Part shown: positions 1-9,080 of the stretch, one piece after another
Numbering within the stretch: the stretch's first letter is position 1
How the letters are laid out: each line of letters begins with the position of its first letter
Assembly: GCA_004558535.1 (NCBI GenBank)
Contig: SFCP01000005.1
Coordinates: 11,429-75,428 of the forward strand
Reading direction: 5' to 3'
DNA from: Bacteroidales bacterium
Lineage (GTDB): Bacteria; Bacteroidota; Bacteroidia; Bacteroidales; Bacteroidaceae
DNA length: 64,000 nt
The notes under the pieces: generated by a model
What the model was told of the DNA's origin: nothing
The model's input: only the letters and a program-made list of their open reading frames with translations
Databases searched by the model: none
Position numbers and translations under genes: made by a program

Positions 1-528
1 GTAGGGGCGCGAGGCGATTTCGCCAATCAGGTGCAGGGTCAGTCCGCCGCGCAACAGGGGCCCCGTCATAAGCAGGGCGGAGATGTACTGCGAACTTACG
101 TCGGCGGGCAGGCTGACCAGACCGCCCTCGAGCCTTTTTCCGCAAATCTTGAGGGGCGGGAATCCCTCTTTGCCGGCATATTCGATGTCGGCCCCCAGAC
201 TTCGTAGCGCCTGTACAAGCACGCCGATGGGCCGCTCGCGCATTCGTTGTGTGCCGGTCAGGAGGCGTTGCTCGCCGGGGCGGGTTGCGAAGAGCGCGGT
301 CAGGAAGCGCATCGCCGTTCCCGCCGCCCGCACGTCCACTTCCGTCCGTGGTGGTTGCTGCAGGGCTTGCCGCATCACGCAGGTGTCCTCGCAGTCCGAC
401 AGATTCCGTATTTCGCGTGTCCCCGATAGGGCACCGAGCACCAAGGCCCGCGCCGAAATACTTTTCGAGGCCGGCAACCGGATTTCACCCCGCAGGCAGG
501 GCGGCAATGTGAGCGCGTATTGGGTCAT
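1..528 (-). CDS. aroA: 3-phosphoshikimate 1-carboxyvinyltransferase (EPSP synthase); 5' part only, runs off the window
   Basis: Manual translation from ATG at 528: MTQYALTLPPCLRGEIRLPASKSISARAL...AAGTAMRFLTA...RMRERPI...VSSQYISALL, all EPSP synthase motifs. Not in the ORF track because it is truncated. Confidence 0.95.
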   Translation of the reverse strand, partial: MTQYALTLPPCLRGEIRLPASKSISARALVLGALSGTREIRNLSDCEDTCVMRQALQQPPRTEVDVRAAGTAMRFLTALFATRPGEQRLLTGTQRMRERPIGVLVQALRSLGADIEYAGKEGFPPLKICGKRLEGGLVSLPADVSSQYISALLMTGPLLRGGLTLHLIGEIASRPY

Positions 529-563
529 AGTTCGGTTCTTGGGGAATTGATGGGGGGAAGAGA

Positions 564-2084
564 TTACAGTTCTTCGTCTCCTCTTCCTCCTTTTGCATTA
601 TTTTCTTTGTCGTTATTAGTAGTTGTTTCCAGAATGCTTGTCGGAGTTTTGCCTGATTCACCTTTGTTTGATTTTATCTTAGACCCAACGTTATTTTCTT
701 TAGGTAAAATGGGATTGTCTTTGTTGTTTTTTTTCTTGGGATAATAAGGCTTTGGTTGGGGGCTCTCTTGTTTTGATAGTCTCTCCCTTTCCAAGGAGTC
801 TGCTCTATGGGCTGAATCAGCCTGCATTTGTTCGTATTCAGCGATGGCTGCCGCTATCGAGTCGGCTGTTGCAATGGAGTCTTGGTAAGCCATCGAGCTT
901 TCTTGGGAGTGTTTGTCGGAATCTGAACAGCCATCAAACAAGCTGGGGGCAGCGAAGCCGCCTGCAAGCAGCAATAGTAGAGTTGAGAATATAATCAGTG
1001 CTTTTGCCTTTCCCTTTGACTTCTTTTTGGGCGCAGTCTCATCCTTTATTTCTTCCACTTTTGTCTGGAATGGTGTCTCCTGTCGGATGTCGCTGCGTGG
1101 TGTCGGCGATATCGGCCTTTCCGTGTGGCTTCCTGTCCCTCCCAACTCCTGCATAAAGGTGCGTACGTCGGGAGTACGGTAATTGCGGCTCTCTTCCATG
1201 GCGTGTACCACGGCTTCGCAGGTCACAGTAGACACGCCGGCGGCCAGCAGGGCCGTGCGAATGTCGTCGGGCAGCATGTCGCCGGCGGGGCGGGGGCGTG
1301 TGCCGGTCAGCATGAAGTAGAGGGTAGCGCCAAGGGCGTAGACATCCACGGTCGGCGCAAAGCTGCTCACGCCGCGGTACTGTTCCAGCGGTGCGTAGCC
1401 CTCGGAGTAGCCGGCCATGTTGATGGTAGAGGTGGGCTGTCCCTGCGCATCGTAGTGCTTCGACAGACCAAAGTCAATCAGTTTGGGATACAGCCGTCCG
1501 TGTTCGTTCAGACAGAGCATCACGTTGCCGGGCTTGATGTCCTGATGGAGCACGCGGTTGTCATGGAGGAAGCTTACGGCCTCCGACAGTGGGCGGAAGA
1601 GCGCCAGGGCTTCTTCCTCGGACAGCGGCCGGCCTGTGTTTGCTACATGATGGCTAACGTAGTCGGACAGGGTCTTCCCATCGACAAACTCCATGACGTA
1701 ATAGGTCGTCTCGTTTGCGTCGAAGACCTCGTTGACCGATATGATATAGGGACACCGGCCGCTGATTTCGTTCAGGCGGCGGGCTTCCGTGCGAAACGCC
1801 TTGCGACTGGCTTCCACCTCATCGCGGTAGCCGTCGGTGCTGGTCACGCTGCCGTCGTGTGAGCGTCGGCAGTCACGGTTGACGAAGTGCTCCTTGATGG
1901 CTACGGAGATGTCGACGGGCAGGTTCTGAAAGGTGATGCGGGTCGTGGCCTTGTAGGTGATGCCAAAACCGCCGGCTCCCAGTACGCCTTGGATGACGTA
2001 GCGGCGCGGCGGATTGCCGGCTGTGCCCGGCGAAAGGAGTGCAGTGCCGACTGGCAGGGCTTGGGGGTATTTGGAGGATTCCAT
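564..2084 (-). CDS. Hanks-type Ser/Thr protein kinase with one TM helix and a low-complexity C-terminal tail
   Basis: GAGGFG, VAIKE, HQDIKPGN, DFG and GYAPLEQ motifs; hydrophobic ALIIFSTLLLLLAGG. Start set at MESSKYP (2084) because the longer ORF overlaps gldH. Confidence 0.9.
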   Translation of the reverse strand: MESSKYPQALPVGTALLSPGTAGNPPRRYVIQGVLGAGGFGITYKATTRITFQNLPVDISVAIKEHFVNRDCRRSHDGSVTSTDGYRDEVEASRKAFRTEARRLNEISGRCPYIISVNEVFDANETTYYVMEFVDGKTLSDYVSHHVANTGRPLSEEEALALFRPLSEAVSFLHDNRVLHQDIKPGNVMLCLNEHGRLYPKLIDFGLSKHYDAQGQPTSTINMAGYSEGYAPLEQYRGVSSFAPTVDVYALGATLYFMLTGTRPRPAGDMLPDDIRTALLAAGVSTVTCEAVVHAMEESRNYRTPDVRTFMQELGGTGSHTERPISPTPRSDIRQETPFQTKVEEIKDETAPKKKSKGKAKALIIFSTLLLLLAGGFAAPSLFDGCSDSDKHSQESSMAYQDSIATADSIAAAIAEYEQMQADSAHRADSLERERLSKQESPQPKPYYPKKKNNKDNPILPKENNVGSKIKSNKGESGKTPTSILETTTNNDKENNAKGGRGDEEL

Positions 2085-2149
2085 GATGGGAATTTTTGGG
2101 GGGATTTCAGGAGAGGAGAAAGGGCTTTTGGGGGAGTCAGGACGTCTGC

Positions 2150-2635
2150 CTACTCCATACGTTCCAGTTCTACGCCCACGTTGATGACGCCGGGCAGCGG
2201 GGTGCGTCGCATCAGGTGGTAGATGCGCAGGTGGCAGTGGCCGCCTGCGGGCAGGTGGAAGGTGTCGGCGGGCTGTACGTATTCGTAGGTCGACACGCCG
2301 CGGCCCGAGATGTCGCCGCCGGGGGTGGCCAGTGCCATGGTGATTGTGTCGCAGCGTCCGGCGGCGGGCAGTCCGGAGCCGGTGCGCTGCATGGCCAGGG
2401 TGATGCTGCGATAGGGGTAGGGGTGGGCTGACGAGGTGCGCAGTCCGAGGTGCAGCACGTAGGTGCCCGGTGCGGCGATGCTGTCCACGGAGAATTGCAG
2501 CGTGTCGGCAGCGCGCCATCCCTCGGCCGGCAGGTCGCGGTAGTCGGTGTACACCGTGGCTTCGCGGCAGGCCGTGAGCAGCAGTGCCCATAGCAGCAGT
2601 GCGGGCCACAGGTTATTCCGTCGCGCCTGCTTCAT
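2150..2635 (-). CDS. gldH: GldH-family lipoprotein
   Basis: Lipobox LLLTAC, then VYTDY..LP.EGW...DTL.F, YPYRSI, G.G.S, I.HLMRRTPLPGVINVGV; lies directly after the PSP1 gene, as in other Bacteroidales. Confidence 0.85.
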   Translation of the reverse strand: MKQARRNNLWPALLLWALLLTACREATVYTDYRDLPAEGWRAADTLQFSVDSIAAPGTYVLHLGLRTSSAHPYPYRSITLAMQRTGSGLPAAGRCDTITMALATPGGDISGRGVSTYEYVQPADTFHLPAGGHCHLRIYHLMRRTPLPGVINVGVELERME

Positions 2636-3923
2636 GTTGGTTGGCATTGTTTCGATTGCCGCGTCCCTGTGCGCCGTTTCTCCGTTCGCCGCCGCGCCGT
2701 TCGCTGCGGTCCGTACGTTCGCTGCGCTCCGGTGCGCCGTTTTGCCGTTCGCCGCCGCGCGAGGCTTCGCTGCGGTCCGTACGTTCGCTGCGTTCCGGTG
2801 CACCATTTCGCCGTTCGCCGCCGCGCTGGGCCTCGCCACGCTTTTTGCCGCCGCGTTTCCGGCGTGTGCGGTCAAATCGGGTCAAGTCTTCCTGTTCCAC
2901 CAGGTCGACGGGTCGCTTCACCTCTTGGTGCATTTCCTCGTCGAGGGCGATGGGTTTCTCGCCGGCCTTGTTCATTTCGATGACCTGGTGTGCGCGTTCG
3001 GCGGGGATGGTCACCAGGTTGGCGGCCAAGCGCTTGTCTGTGCTGTAGGTCACCTGTAGGGCCAGGATGTCGGCCTTGAAGAAGAAGTAGGTAGCGTCGG
3101 CCGTTTCGAGCTGCACGTCGCGTGGCGGCAACTTCTTGAAGGCTTCGACGTAGGTATCGGCTTCGTAGTTCAGGCAGCATTTCAGTTTGGCGCACTGGCC
3201 CGCCAGTTTTTGCGGGTTGGGTGCAATGTCCTGAAATCGTGCGGCTGCGGTCGATACGGAGTTGAAGTTTTTCATCCACGTGGCGCAGCAGAGTTCGCGT
3301 CCGCAGGGCCCGATACCGCCGATGCGTCCGGCCTCCTGGCGTGCGCCGATTTGTTTCATCTCGATACGCACATGGAATTCCTCGGCCAGTACTTTGATGA
3401 GTTTTCGAAAGTCCACGCGTGCATCGGCGATGTAGTAAAAGATTGCCTTGTTGCCATCTCCCTGGTACTCCACGTCGCCTATTTTCATATTGAGTTCCAG
3501 ACTTTTGGCAATTTGTCGTGAGCGGATCATCGTATCCTGCTCGCGTGCTTTAGCTTCCTCGTATTTATCCAGGTCTGCCTGCCTTGCCTTTCGGTAGATG
3601 CGGCGTATTTCCGTGCCCGGTTTCAGGTTGGCTTTTTTCATTTGCAGGGGCACGAGCTGTCCGGTCAGTGTGACGACGCCGATATCATGGCCCGGCGAAG
3701 CCTCGACGGCCACCATGTCGCCCTTTTCGAGGGGCAGGTGGTTCTCGTTGTGGAAGTAGCCCTTTCGGGTGTTCTTGAACTGCACTTCGACGAGGTCGGT
3801 CCATTGGTCGTTGCCCGGCATGTCGGCCAGGTAGTCGTATGTATTGAGTTGGTGGTCCGAGCGGCCGCATCCTTTGGCGCAGAGGCCTCGCAGACAGGGT
3901 GTTGTTTGAAAATCTTTGTCCAT
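2613..3923 (-). CDS. ricT: PSP1-domain protein (RicT/YaaT family)
   Basis: VEVQFKNTRKGYF, FYYIADARVDFRKLIK, RIEMKQIGARQEA, GPCGRELCC, KLAGQCAKLKCCLNYE. Confidence 0.9.
   Translation of the reverse strand: MDKDFQTTPCLRGLCAKGCGRSDHQLNTYDYLADMPGNDQWTDLVEVQFKNTRKGYFHNENHLPLEKGDMVAVEASPGHDIGVVTLTGQLVPLQMKKANLKPGTEIRRIYRKARQADLDKYEEAKAREQDTMIRSRQIAKSLELNMKIGDVEYQGDGNKAIFYYIADARVDFRKLIKVLAEEFHVRIEMKQIGARQEAGRIGGIGPCGRELCCATWMKNFNSVSTAAARFQDIAPNPQKLAGQCAKLKCCLNYEADTYVEAFKKLPPRDVQLETADATYFFFKADILALQVTYSTDKRLAANLVTIPAERAHQVIEMNKAGEKPIALDEEMHQEVKRPVDLVEQEDLTRFDRTRRKRGGKKRGEAQRGGERRNGAPERSERTDRSEASRGGERQNGAPERSERTDRSERRGGERRNGAQGRGNRNNANQHEAGATE
2669..2826. repeat. In-frame tandem repeat (63 bp, 66 bp, partial third unit) in the PSP1 C-terminal tail
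   Basis: Units start at 2669, 2732 and 2798; encodes RGGER.NGAPERSERTDRSE. Confidence 0.9.
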
Positions 3924-4090
3924 GAGTCAGGTATGGGGATAAGTATGTAGCACAAGCCCGTACCGATTTTCCAAACGGCACAGACCCTGCAAAGCTATGC
4001 AAAATTGCAAAAAATCCCTTGACCCGACAAGGTTTTTCTGTCAAATCTTCTTTTTCGTAGGGGGGAATTGGGAAATAGGTGTCTTCTATG

Positions 4091-4400
4091 GCCTCAAACT
4101 TTTAATATAAACAATGTTAAGGAGCGGTTTTATGGCCTTTTTTGTCACACCGCCTGCGACAGGCGAAATGCCCGAGTAGCACCCAGAAAAAACTAAGTGC
4201 CTTGTAGTTTTTCCTAAGTGCTTTGTAGTTTTTTCTAAGTCCTTTGTAGTTTTGCGCAAGTGCCGGGTAGTTTTGCCTCCTGCCGGCTTACTAAAAAGGG
4301 GAAAGCCAACAGGTGTCCGGCTTTCCCCCATGGGTCTAAGACAAAGTTACGAAATATTTTCGGGAAATCCAAATCGGGAATTTTGTGTTTTAACACTTTT
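4091..4400 (-). repeat. Dispersed module, copy A: promoter, hairpin and 4 x 21-bp repeats
   Basis: Minus-strand TTTG (4370-4373), 20 bp, TAACTTTG (4342-4349); stem GGGGAAAGCC/GGCTTTCCCC (4298-4328) followed by a T-tract; 21-mers at 4195-4278. Confidence 0.85.
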
Positions 4401-4440
4401 CCCGCCATTGGGAGTGCGTCCCCATTCCAACAGGCGCTGT

Positions 4441-4690
4441 GCTCCACCAACTCGGCTCGGCGTGTCTGAACGGCAAAGTAGGTCTGTGCAAAGGCTATCT
4501 GCGGCTTGCGCGGGTCGCCATTCTGTGCCACAAGATAGCAGGCATAGCGTGTGAGCATAACGTCATCTATCTGACGCTCAGCACCTGAGCCTGTGCTAAC
4601 CATTTTGTTGACGTCAATAAAATGGCCTTCTATAATTCTGGCCTACATTGCTGCATGCAGCTTTGGCTTTTTCAATTACTTTGGTAAAGT
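4441..4690 (-). pseudogene. dinD: Internal fragment of DNA damage-inducible protein D, frameshifted
   Basis: NFTKVIEKAKAAC..GQ, +1 frameshift near 4633, then [59 protein letters not shown]. No start codon and no C-terminus. Confidence 0.85.
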
Positions 4691-5155
4691 TTACGCCTGT
4701 TTCTCCACGGTGATTTGTGCCTCGCTGACGGCAATGACTTTCACGGGTGTGCCTTCGGGGAGAAATTCGCCCGAGGATTTCACTTCCACCAGTTTGCCGC
4801 CGATGCGGGCATTGCCTATCAGGGCCAGGCGGGTGACGGCTGTGCCGCTGTCGCCCACCTTTACGGAGAGCTGTTCGGCGGTGGCCGCTGTGCCGGTCAC
4901 GGTGCTTTTGAGCGACATGCGTTCCAGCGTGCGGCTGCGGGCAAACCACCAGATGAAGAGGGCTACGATGAGAATGGATGCGAGCAGGGCGATGCTGGCA
5001 GGCCCACTGCCGTAGACATTGTAAATCAGTACGTCGGCCACCACGAGGAAGAGGGAGGCAAAGATGCCGGCAAAGCCGATGCCGGGTACGACGAAGACTT
5101 CGAGCGCAAAGAGCACCAAGGCCAGGATCAGGAGGATGATAATCAGGGTAAGCAT
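4691..5155 (-). CDS. NfeD-family membrane protein
   Basis: N-terminal TM helices with LEVFVVPG.GFAGI; C-terminal OB-fold-like G.AVTRLALIG.ARIGGKLVEVKS.GEFL.EG.PVKV. Confidence 0.85.
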   Translation of the reverse strand: MLTLIIILLILALVLFALEVFVVPGIGFAGIFASLFLVVADVLIYNVYGSGPASIALLASILIVALFIWWFARSRTLERMSLKSTVTGTAATAEQLSVKVGDSGTAVTRLALIGNARIGGKLVEVKSSGEFLPEGTPVKVIAVSEAQITVEKQA

Positions 5156-5268
5156 AGGGATGAGTTTTTTTTGAGGCAGATGCTGTAAATGAGTGGTAGG
5201 GGCGGGCAGGCGGCCTGTGTGCGTAGGGCCGGCCCGGAGAGGCAGACGGCTGCTGCGGCGTCGTGGGG

Positions 5269-6210
5269 TCAGAACGCGGCGCGATACTTGCCTTCGTCCT
5301 TGTCCTCGAGCATGGAGAGGTAGGAGGCGTAGCGGCTCAGGGCGATGCGGCCCTGCTCCACTGCTTCGAGCACGGCACAGCCCGGTTCGCGGGTGTGGGT
5401 GCAGTTTGAGAAGCGGCAGTCGGCAGCAGTGTGGAAGATTTCGCGGAAGTAGTGCGACACTTCGCCTTCGTCCATGTCGAAGGTGCCGAAGCCCTTGATG
5501 CCCGGAATGTCAATCAGGCTTCCGCCGTCGGGCATGGTATAGAGCTCGCTGAAGGTGGTCGTGTGCATGCCCGTGCCGTGTACGGCAGAGATTTCGGCGG
5601 TGCGTGCGTGTGCGCCGGGCACCAAGAGGTTGAGCAGGGTGGACTTGCCCACGCCGGAATGGCCGGCCAGCAGCGTGATGCCGCTTTGCAGGCAGGTGCG
5701 CAGGGCTTCGATGCCCGTGCCGAGTCGGGCAGAGAGCGAGAAGCATTCGTAGCCGATGCCGGTGTATAGGGCCTGGAGTTCGGCGGCCCGTGCCTGCTCG
5801 TCGGGAGAAAGGTCGTCGGCCTTGTTGAACCCCAGCAGGACGGGTACGCGATAGGCTTCGGCTGAGGCGAGGAAGCGGTCGATAAAGGTGGTGGAGGTTT
5901 CGGGCCGCGCCACGGTGACAAGGAGCAATGCGCGGTCCACGTTGGCGGCCAGGATATGGCTTTGCTTCGACAGGTTCGAGGCTTTGCGGATGATGTAGTT
6001 GCGCCGCTCGTCGATTTCGACGATGAAGGCGGCGTCGGCGGCCGAGGGCACCACCGTCACCCCGTCTCCCACGGCTACGGGATTGGTGGAGCGGATGCCG
6101 CGCAGGCGGAAGTTGCCCTTGACGCGGCAGGGGAGCAGCTGCCCGTCGTCTGTGCGCACCTCGTAGTGGCTGCCGGTGCTGCGTACCACCGTTCCGTGAA
6201 TTTTTGTCAT
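5269..6210 (-). CDS. rsgA: Ribosome small subunit-dependent GTPase A
   Basis: Circularly permuted GTPase (NKAD, GHSGVGKSTL, HTTT, DIPG) with a C-terminal CRFSNCTH..EPGC zinc finger. Confidence 0.97.
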   Translation of the reverse strand: MTKIHGTVVRSTGSHYEVRTDDGQLLPCRVKGNFRLRGIRSTNPVAVGDGVTVVPSAADAAFIVEIDERRNYIIRKASNLSKQSHILAANVDRALLLVTVARPETSTTFIDRFLASAEAYRVPVLLGFNKADDLSPDEQARAAELQALYTGIGYECFSLSARLGTGIEALRTCLQSGITLLAGHSGVGKSTLLNLLVPGAHARTAEISAVHGTGMHTTTFSELYTMPDGGSLIDIPGIKGFGTFDMDEGEVSHYFREIFHTAADCRFSNCTHTREPGCAVLEAVEQGRIALSRYASYLSMLEDKDEGKYRAAF

Positions 6211-6363
6211 GTATCTTCTCGGTTACATTCAAGCGGGAGGGGGCCTATTCATTGTATGAAAGACCTCCCTCCCACGGTTGTTGTTGACAGAAAGTGCCGG
6301 ATGCGGCTGCCCGTCGGGGCACAGGCGACTGGCCGATGGCTCCGGCTTTGCGGTGCAAGGGGG

Positions 6364-6924
6364 TTACACCGTCATGATTTCCTTGTTCTTGGCGGCCAGG
6401 AGTTCTTCCACCTTTTTCACCATCTTGTCGTGGATTTTCTGCAGGTCGGCTTCGGCGTCTTTCTCCACGTCTTCGGGCAGTCCGTCCTTGATGCCCTTTT
6501 TCAGTTTGTCGATACCGTCGCGGCGGGCGTTACGGATGGCCACCTTGGTTTCCTCGGCTTCCTTGTTGCACTGCTTTGTGAGGTCGCGACGGCGGTCTTC
6601 GGTGAGGGGCGGGATGCCCAGTCGGATGATTTCGCCGTTGTTCTCGGGCATGATGCCTACGGGGCTGTCGATGATAGCCTTTTCGATGACGCGAAACATG
6701 GACTTGTCCCACGGCTTGATGGCGATGGTGCGCGCATCGGGCGTGGTGATGGCGGCTACGTTGTTGATGGGTACCATGGAACCGTAGGAGTTGACACGTA
6801 TCTCGTCCAGGATGTGGACGTTGGCCTTTCCGGCACGGATGTGGGAAAGGGTTTCTTCGAGGTGCATGACGCTCAGTTCCATTTTCTCCTCACACGCGGC
6901 GAGGCATTCTTTTACGTCTAACAT
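6364..6924 (-). CDS. frr: Ribosome recycling factor
   Basis: IRAGKAN, YGS.VP, PPLTEDRR, VAIRNARRD. Confidence 0.97.
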   Translation of the reverse strand: MLDVKECLAACEEKMELSVMHLEETLSHIRAGKANVHILDEIRVNSYGSMVPINNVAAITTPDARTIAIKPWDKSMFRVIEKAIIDSPVGIMPENNGEIIRLGIPPLTEDRRRDLTKQCNKEAEETKVAIRNARRDGIDKLKKGIKDGLPEDVEKDAEADLQKIHDKMVKKVEELLAAKNKEIMTV

Positions 6925-7204
6925 GAAATCAGGAGTTTAGGGTTATCAAGCAGGTTTCCGGCTCCGCGCAGCGCTCCGGTCCTGCGCCGGTGAGGGGACT
7001 TGGCGCCCCGCGGACGAGACCGAAACGGCACTACAAAGGACTTAGAGCCGTTTTTATAGTCAACAAAGGTACATATATTTTTTAGTTCGCAAAGCCATCC
7101 GCGGGATTTTTTGTATTTTTGCAGCCTCGGAGCGGCCGCTTGGTTCGGCGAAGCAGGGCTCCGGCATACACGATTTCTCATAACGCAGCAACTTTCTACT
7201 ATTC

Positions 7205-8464
7205 ATGAAGGAATTCATACAATCCGAAGCCAAGACCGAAACGGCCGTGCTCGTGGGCCTCATCACCAAGCAGCAGGACGAACGCAAGACGGCGGAATAC
7301 CTGGACGAACTGGAGTTTCTGGCCGAGACGGCGGGCGCAGTGACCGTGAAGCGCTTCACGCAGCGGCTGGACGGACCCAGCTCTGTGACCTATGTGGGCA
7401 AGGGTAAACTGGAGGAGATACGCAGTTACATCGAAGCCGAAGAGGAGGCCGAGCGCGAAGTCGGCATGGTCATCTTCGACGACGAACTGTCGGCCAAGCA
7501 GCTGCGCAATATCGAGCGCGAGCTGAAGGTGAAGATCCTGGACCGCACTTCGCTGATTCTGGACATCTTTGCGATGCGCGCGCAGACGGCCAACGCCAAA
7601 ACCCAGGTGGAGCTGGCGCAGTACAGGTACATGCTGCCGCGACTGCAGCGCCTGTGGACGCACTTGGAACGCCAAGGCGGCGGCTCGGGCGGCGGTGGCG
7701 GAAAGGGAAGCGTGGGACTGCGCGGACCGGGCGAGACGCAGCTGGAAATGGACCGACGGATTATCCTGAACCGCATGGCCCTGCTGAAACAGCGCCTGGC
7801 GGACATAGACCGGCAAAAGACGACACAGCGAAAAAATCGCGGGCGGCTCATCCGCGTGGCCCTCGTGGGATACACCAATGTGGGCAAGTCGACCCTCATC
7901 AATCTGCTTGCCAAGGCCGAAGTCTTTGCCGAAAACAAACTCTTTGCCACCCTCGATACGACGGTGCGCAAGGTCATCATCGGCAACCTGCCTTTCCTGC
8001 TGGCCGATACCGTCGGATTTATCCGTAAACTGCCCACCGACCTGGTGGACTCCTTCAAGAGTACCCTCGACGAGGTGCGCGAGGCAGACCTGCTGGTACA
8101 CGTGGTGGACGTTTCGCATCCGGATTTCGCCGAACAAATCGAGGTGGTGAACAAGACGCTCCACGACCTGGGCTGCGCAGACAAGCCGGAGCTGATGGTG
8201 CTCAACAAGATGGACGCATATACCTGGACGGAAAAGGCGCCCGACGACCTGACGCCGCCCACCAAGGAGAACGTCACGCTGGAGCAGCTCATGAACACGT
8301 GGATGGCCCGCATGGGCGAAGACTGCATCTTCATATCGGCGCGCGAAAGGCAGAATATCGATGCCCTGAAAGACCTGCTGTACAAACGTGTGCGGCAACT
8401 GCACGTGCAGAAGTACCCCTACAACGACTTCCTCTTTGACGATTACACGGAAGAGGCAGAATGA
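7205..8464 (+). CDS. hflX: GTPase HflX
   Basis: ILDIFAMRA, GPGETQLEMDRR, GYTNVGKST, LFATLD, DTVGFI, NKMD. Confidence 0.97.
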   Translation: MKEFIQSEAKTETAVLVGLITKQQDERKTAEYLDELEFLAETAGAVTVKRFTQRLDGPSSVTYVGKGKLEEIRSYIEAEEEAEREVGMVIFDDELSAKQLRNIERELKVKILDRTSLILDIFAMRAQTANAKTQVELAQYRYMLPRLQRLWTHLERQGGGSGGGGGKGSVGLRGPGETQLEMDRRIILNRMALLKQRLADIDRQKTTQRKNRGRLIRVALVGYTNVGKSTLINLLAKAEVFAENKLFATLDTTVRKVIIGNLPFLLADTVGFIRKLPTDLVDSFKSTLDEVREADLLVHVVDVSHPDFAEQIEVVNKTLHDLGCADKPELMVLNKMDAYTWTEKAPDDLTPPTKENVTLEQLMNTWMARMGEDCIFISARERQNIDALKDLLYKRVRQLHVQKYPYNDFLFDDYTEEAE

Positions 8465-8542
8465 CAGCTGCCGCGGGGAGATGTGCGACGCTGAGGGGGC
8501 TGCCGGTGGCCCCAATGGGACTGCCCGCCGTGCCAAGGCACC

Positions 8543-8700
8543 GATGCATAGTTGGTGTATAGTTGGACGGAGCAACCCTACACACGTGGGCGATTGACAC
8601 TCAGGGATTTGCTCCTTCCGGTGTATAGTTTGCAGTATTTTTCGGGGATAAAAATTCGTATACGGGCGCGCGTGTACACGTGCGCGTATGCGTAATATCA
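8543..8700 (+). repeat. Dispersed GGTGTATAGTT-box element, copy 1
   Basis: Boxes at 8543, 8554, 8574 (inverted, AACCCTACAC) and 8620, then an alternating purine/pyrimidine tract at 8657-8694; same layout at 56768-56903 and 57369-57520. Confidence 0.8.
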
Positions 8701-8903
8701 ATTAAGGTGTGGTCAAGGCGAAACAGGTCCTCCGGATTGGCAGGACTTCGGCCGGAAGCATCGCGCAGCATCGCCGCGGCAAGGCACTGCCTCCACGAAG
8801 AATTTGGCCGTGCCAGCGCAAAAATAAATCGCCAAGTAAATCCTGCGTACGAGATAAAGAAAAAAATAAATCCGGCAGCTTTGGTGGATTTATAAAAAGT
8901 ATG

Positions 8904-8956
8904 TATCTTTGCAGCGGTATGAGTGAGGGGCTTTCGAAAGTTCCTCACTTGTTTTT
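8904..8956 (+). promoter_or_regulatory. rimP operon promoter (-7 box TATCTTTG) and leader hairpin/attenuator
   Basis: TATCTTTG, then AGTGAGGGGCTTTCGAAAGGTTCCTCACT and a T-rich tract upstream of rimP-nusA-infB. Confidence 0.6.
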
Positions 8957-9080
8957 AAGCGGGTTCTATAAATTGCCAGAAATGAGGTAAAGTCCCTGCC
9001 TTTCGGCGACACCTCTTTCCGGCAAGCTCGCAAAACAAACCCGGGCGCAGATTTTATAGACTGTGACCCAAAGATTTGGC

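Noticed and set aside
2085..2875. Longer ORF-track starts for the kinase (2609) and gldH (2875)
   Set aside because: The extensions overlap neighbouring genes in other frames and read as low-complexity shadow sequence; downstream ATGs give typical N-termini.
4086..4331. Heptad-repeat peptides (KTTKHLE)n read from the arrays, also 26534-26758 and the start of ORF 14608-16782
   Set aside because: Starts, stops and strand relative to the promoter are not conserved among copies, and array E has 20- and 22-bp units that break the frame. Open frames follow from the 21-bp period.
8904..8956. rimP leader as a fifth promoter-hairpin module
   Set aside because: Similar layout, but it lacks the ATGTTAA motifs and 21-mers and is explained as the rimP-nusA-infB leader.
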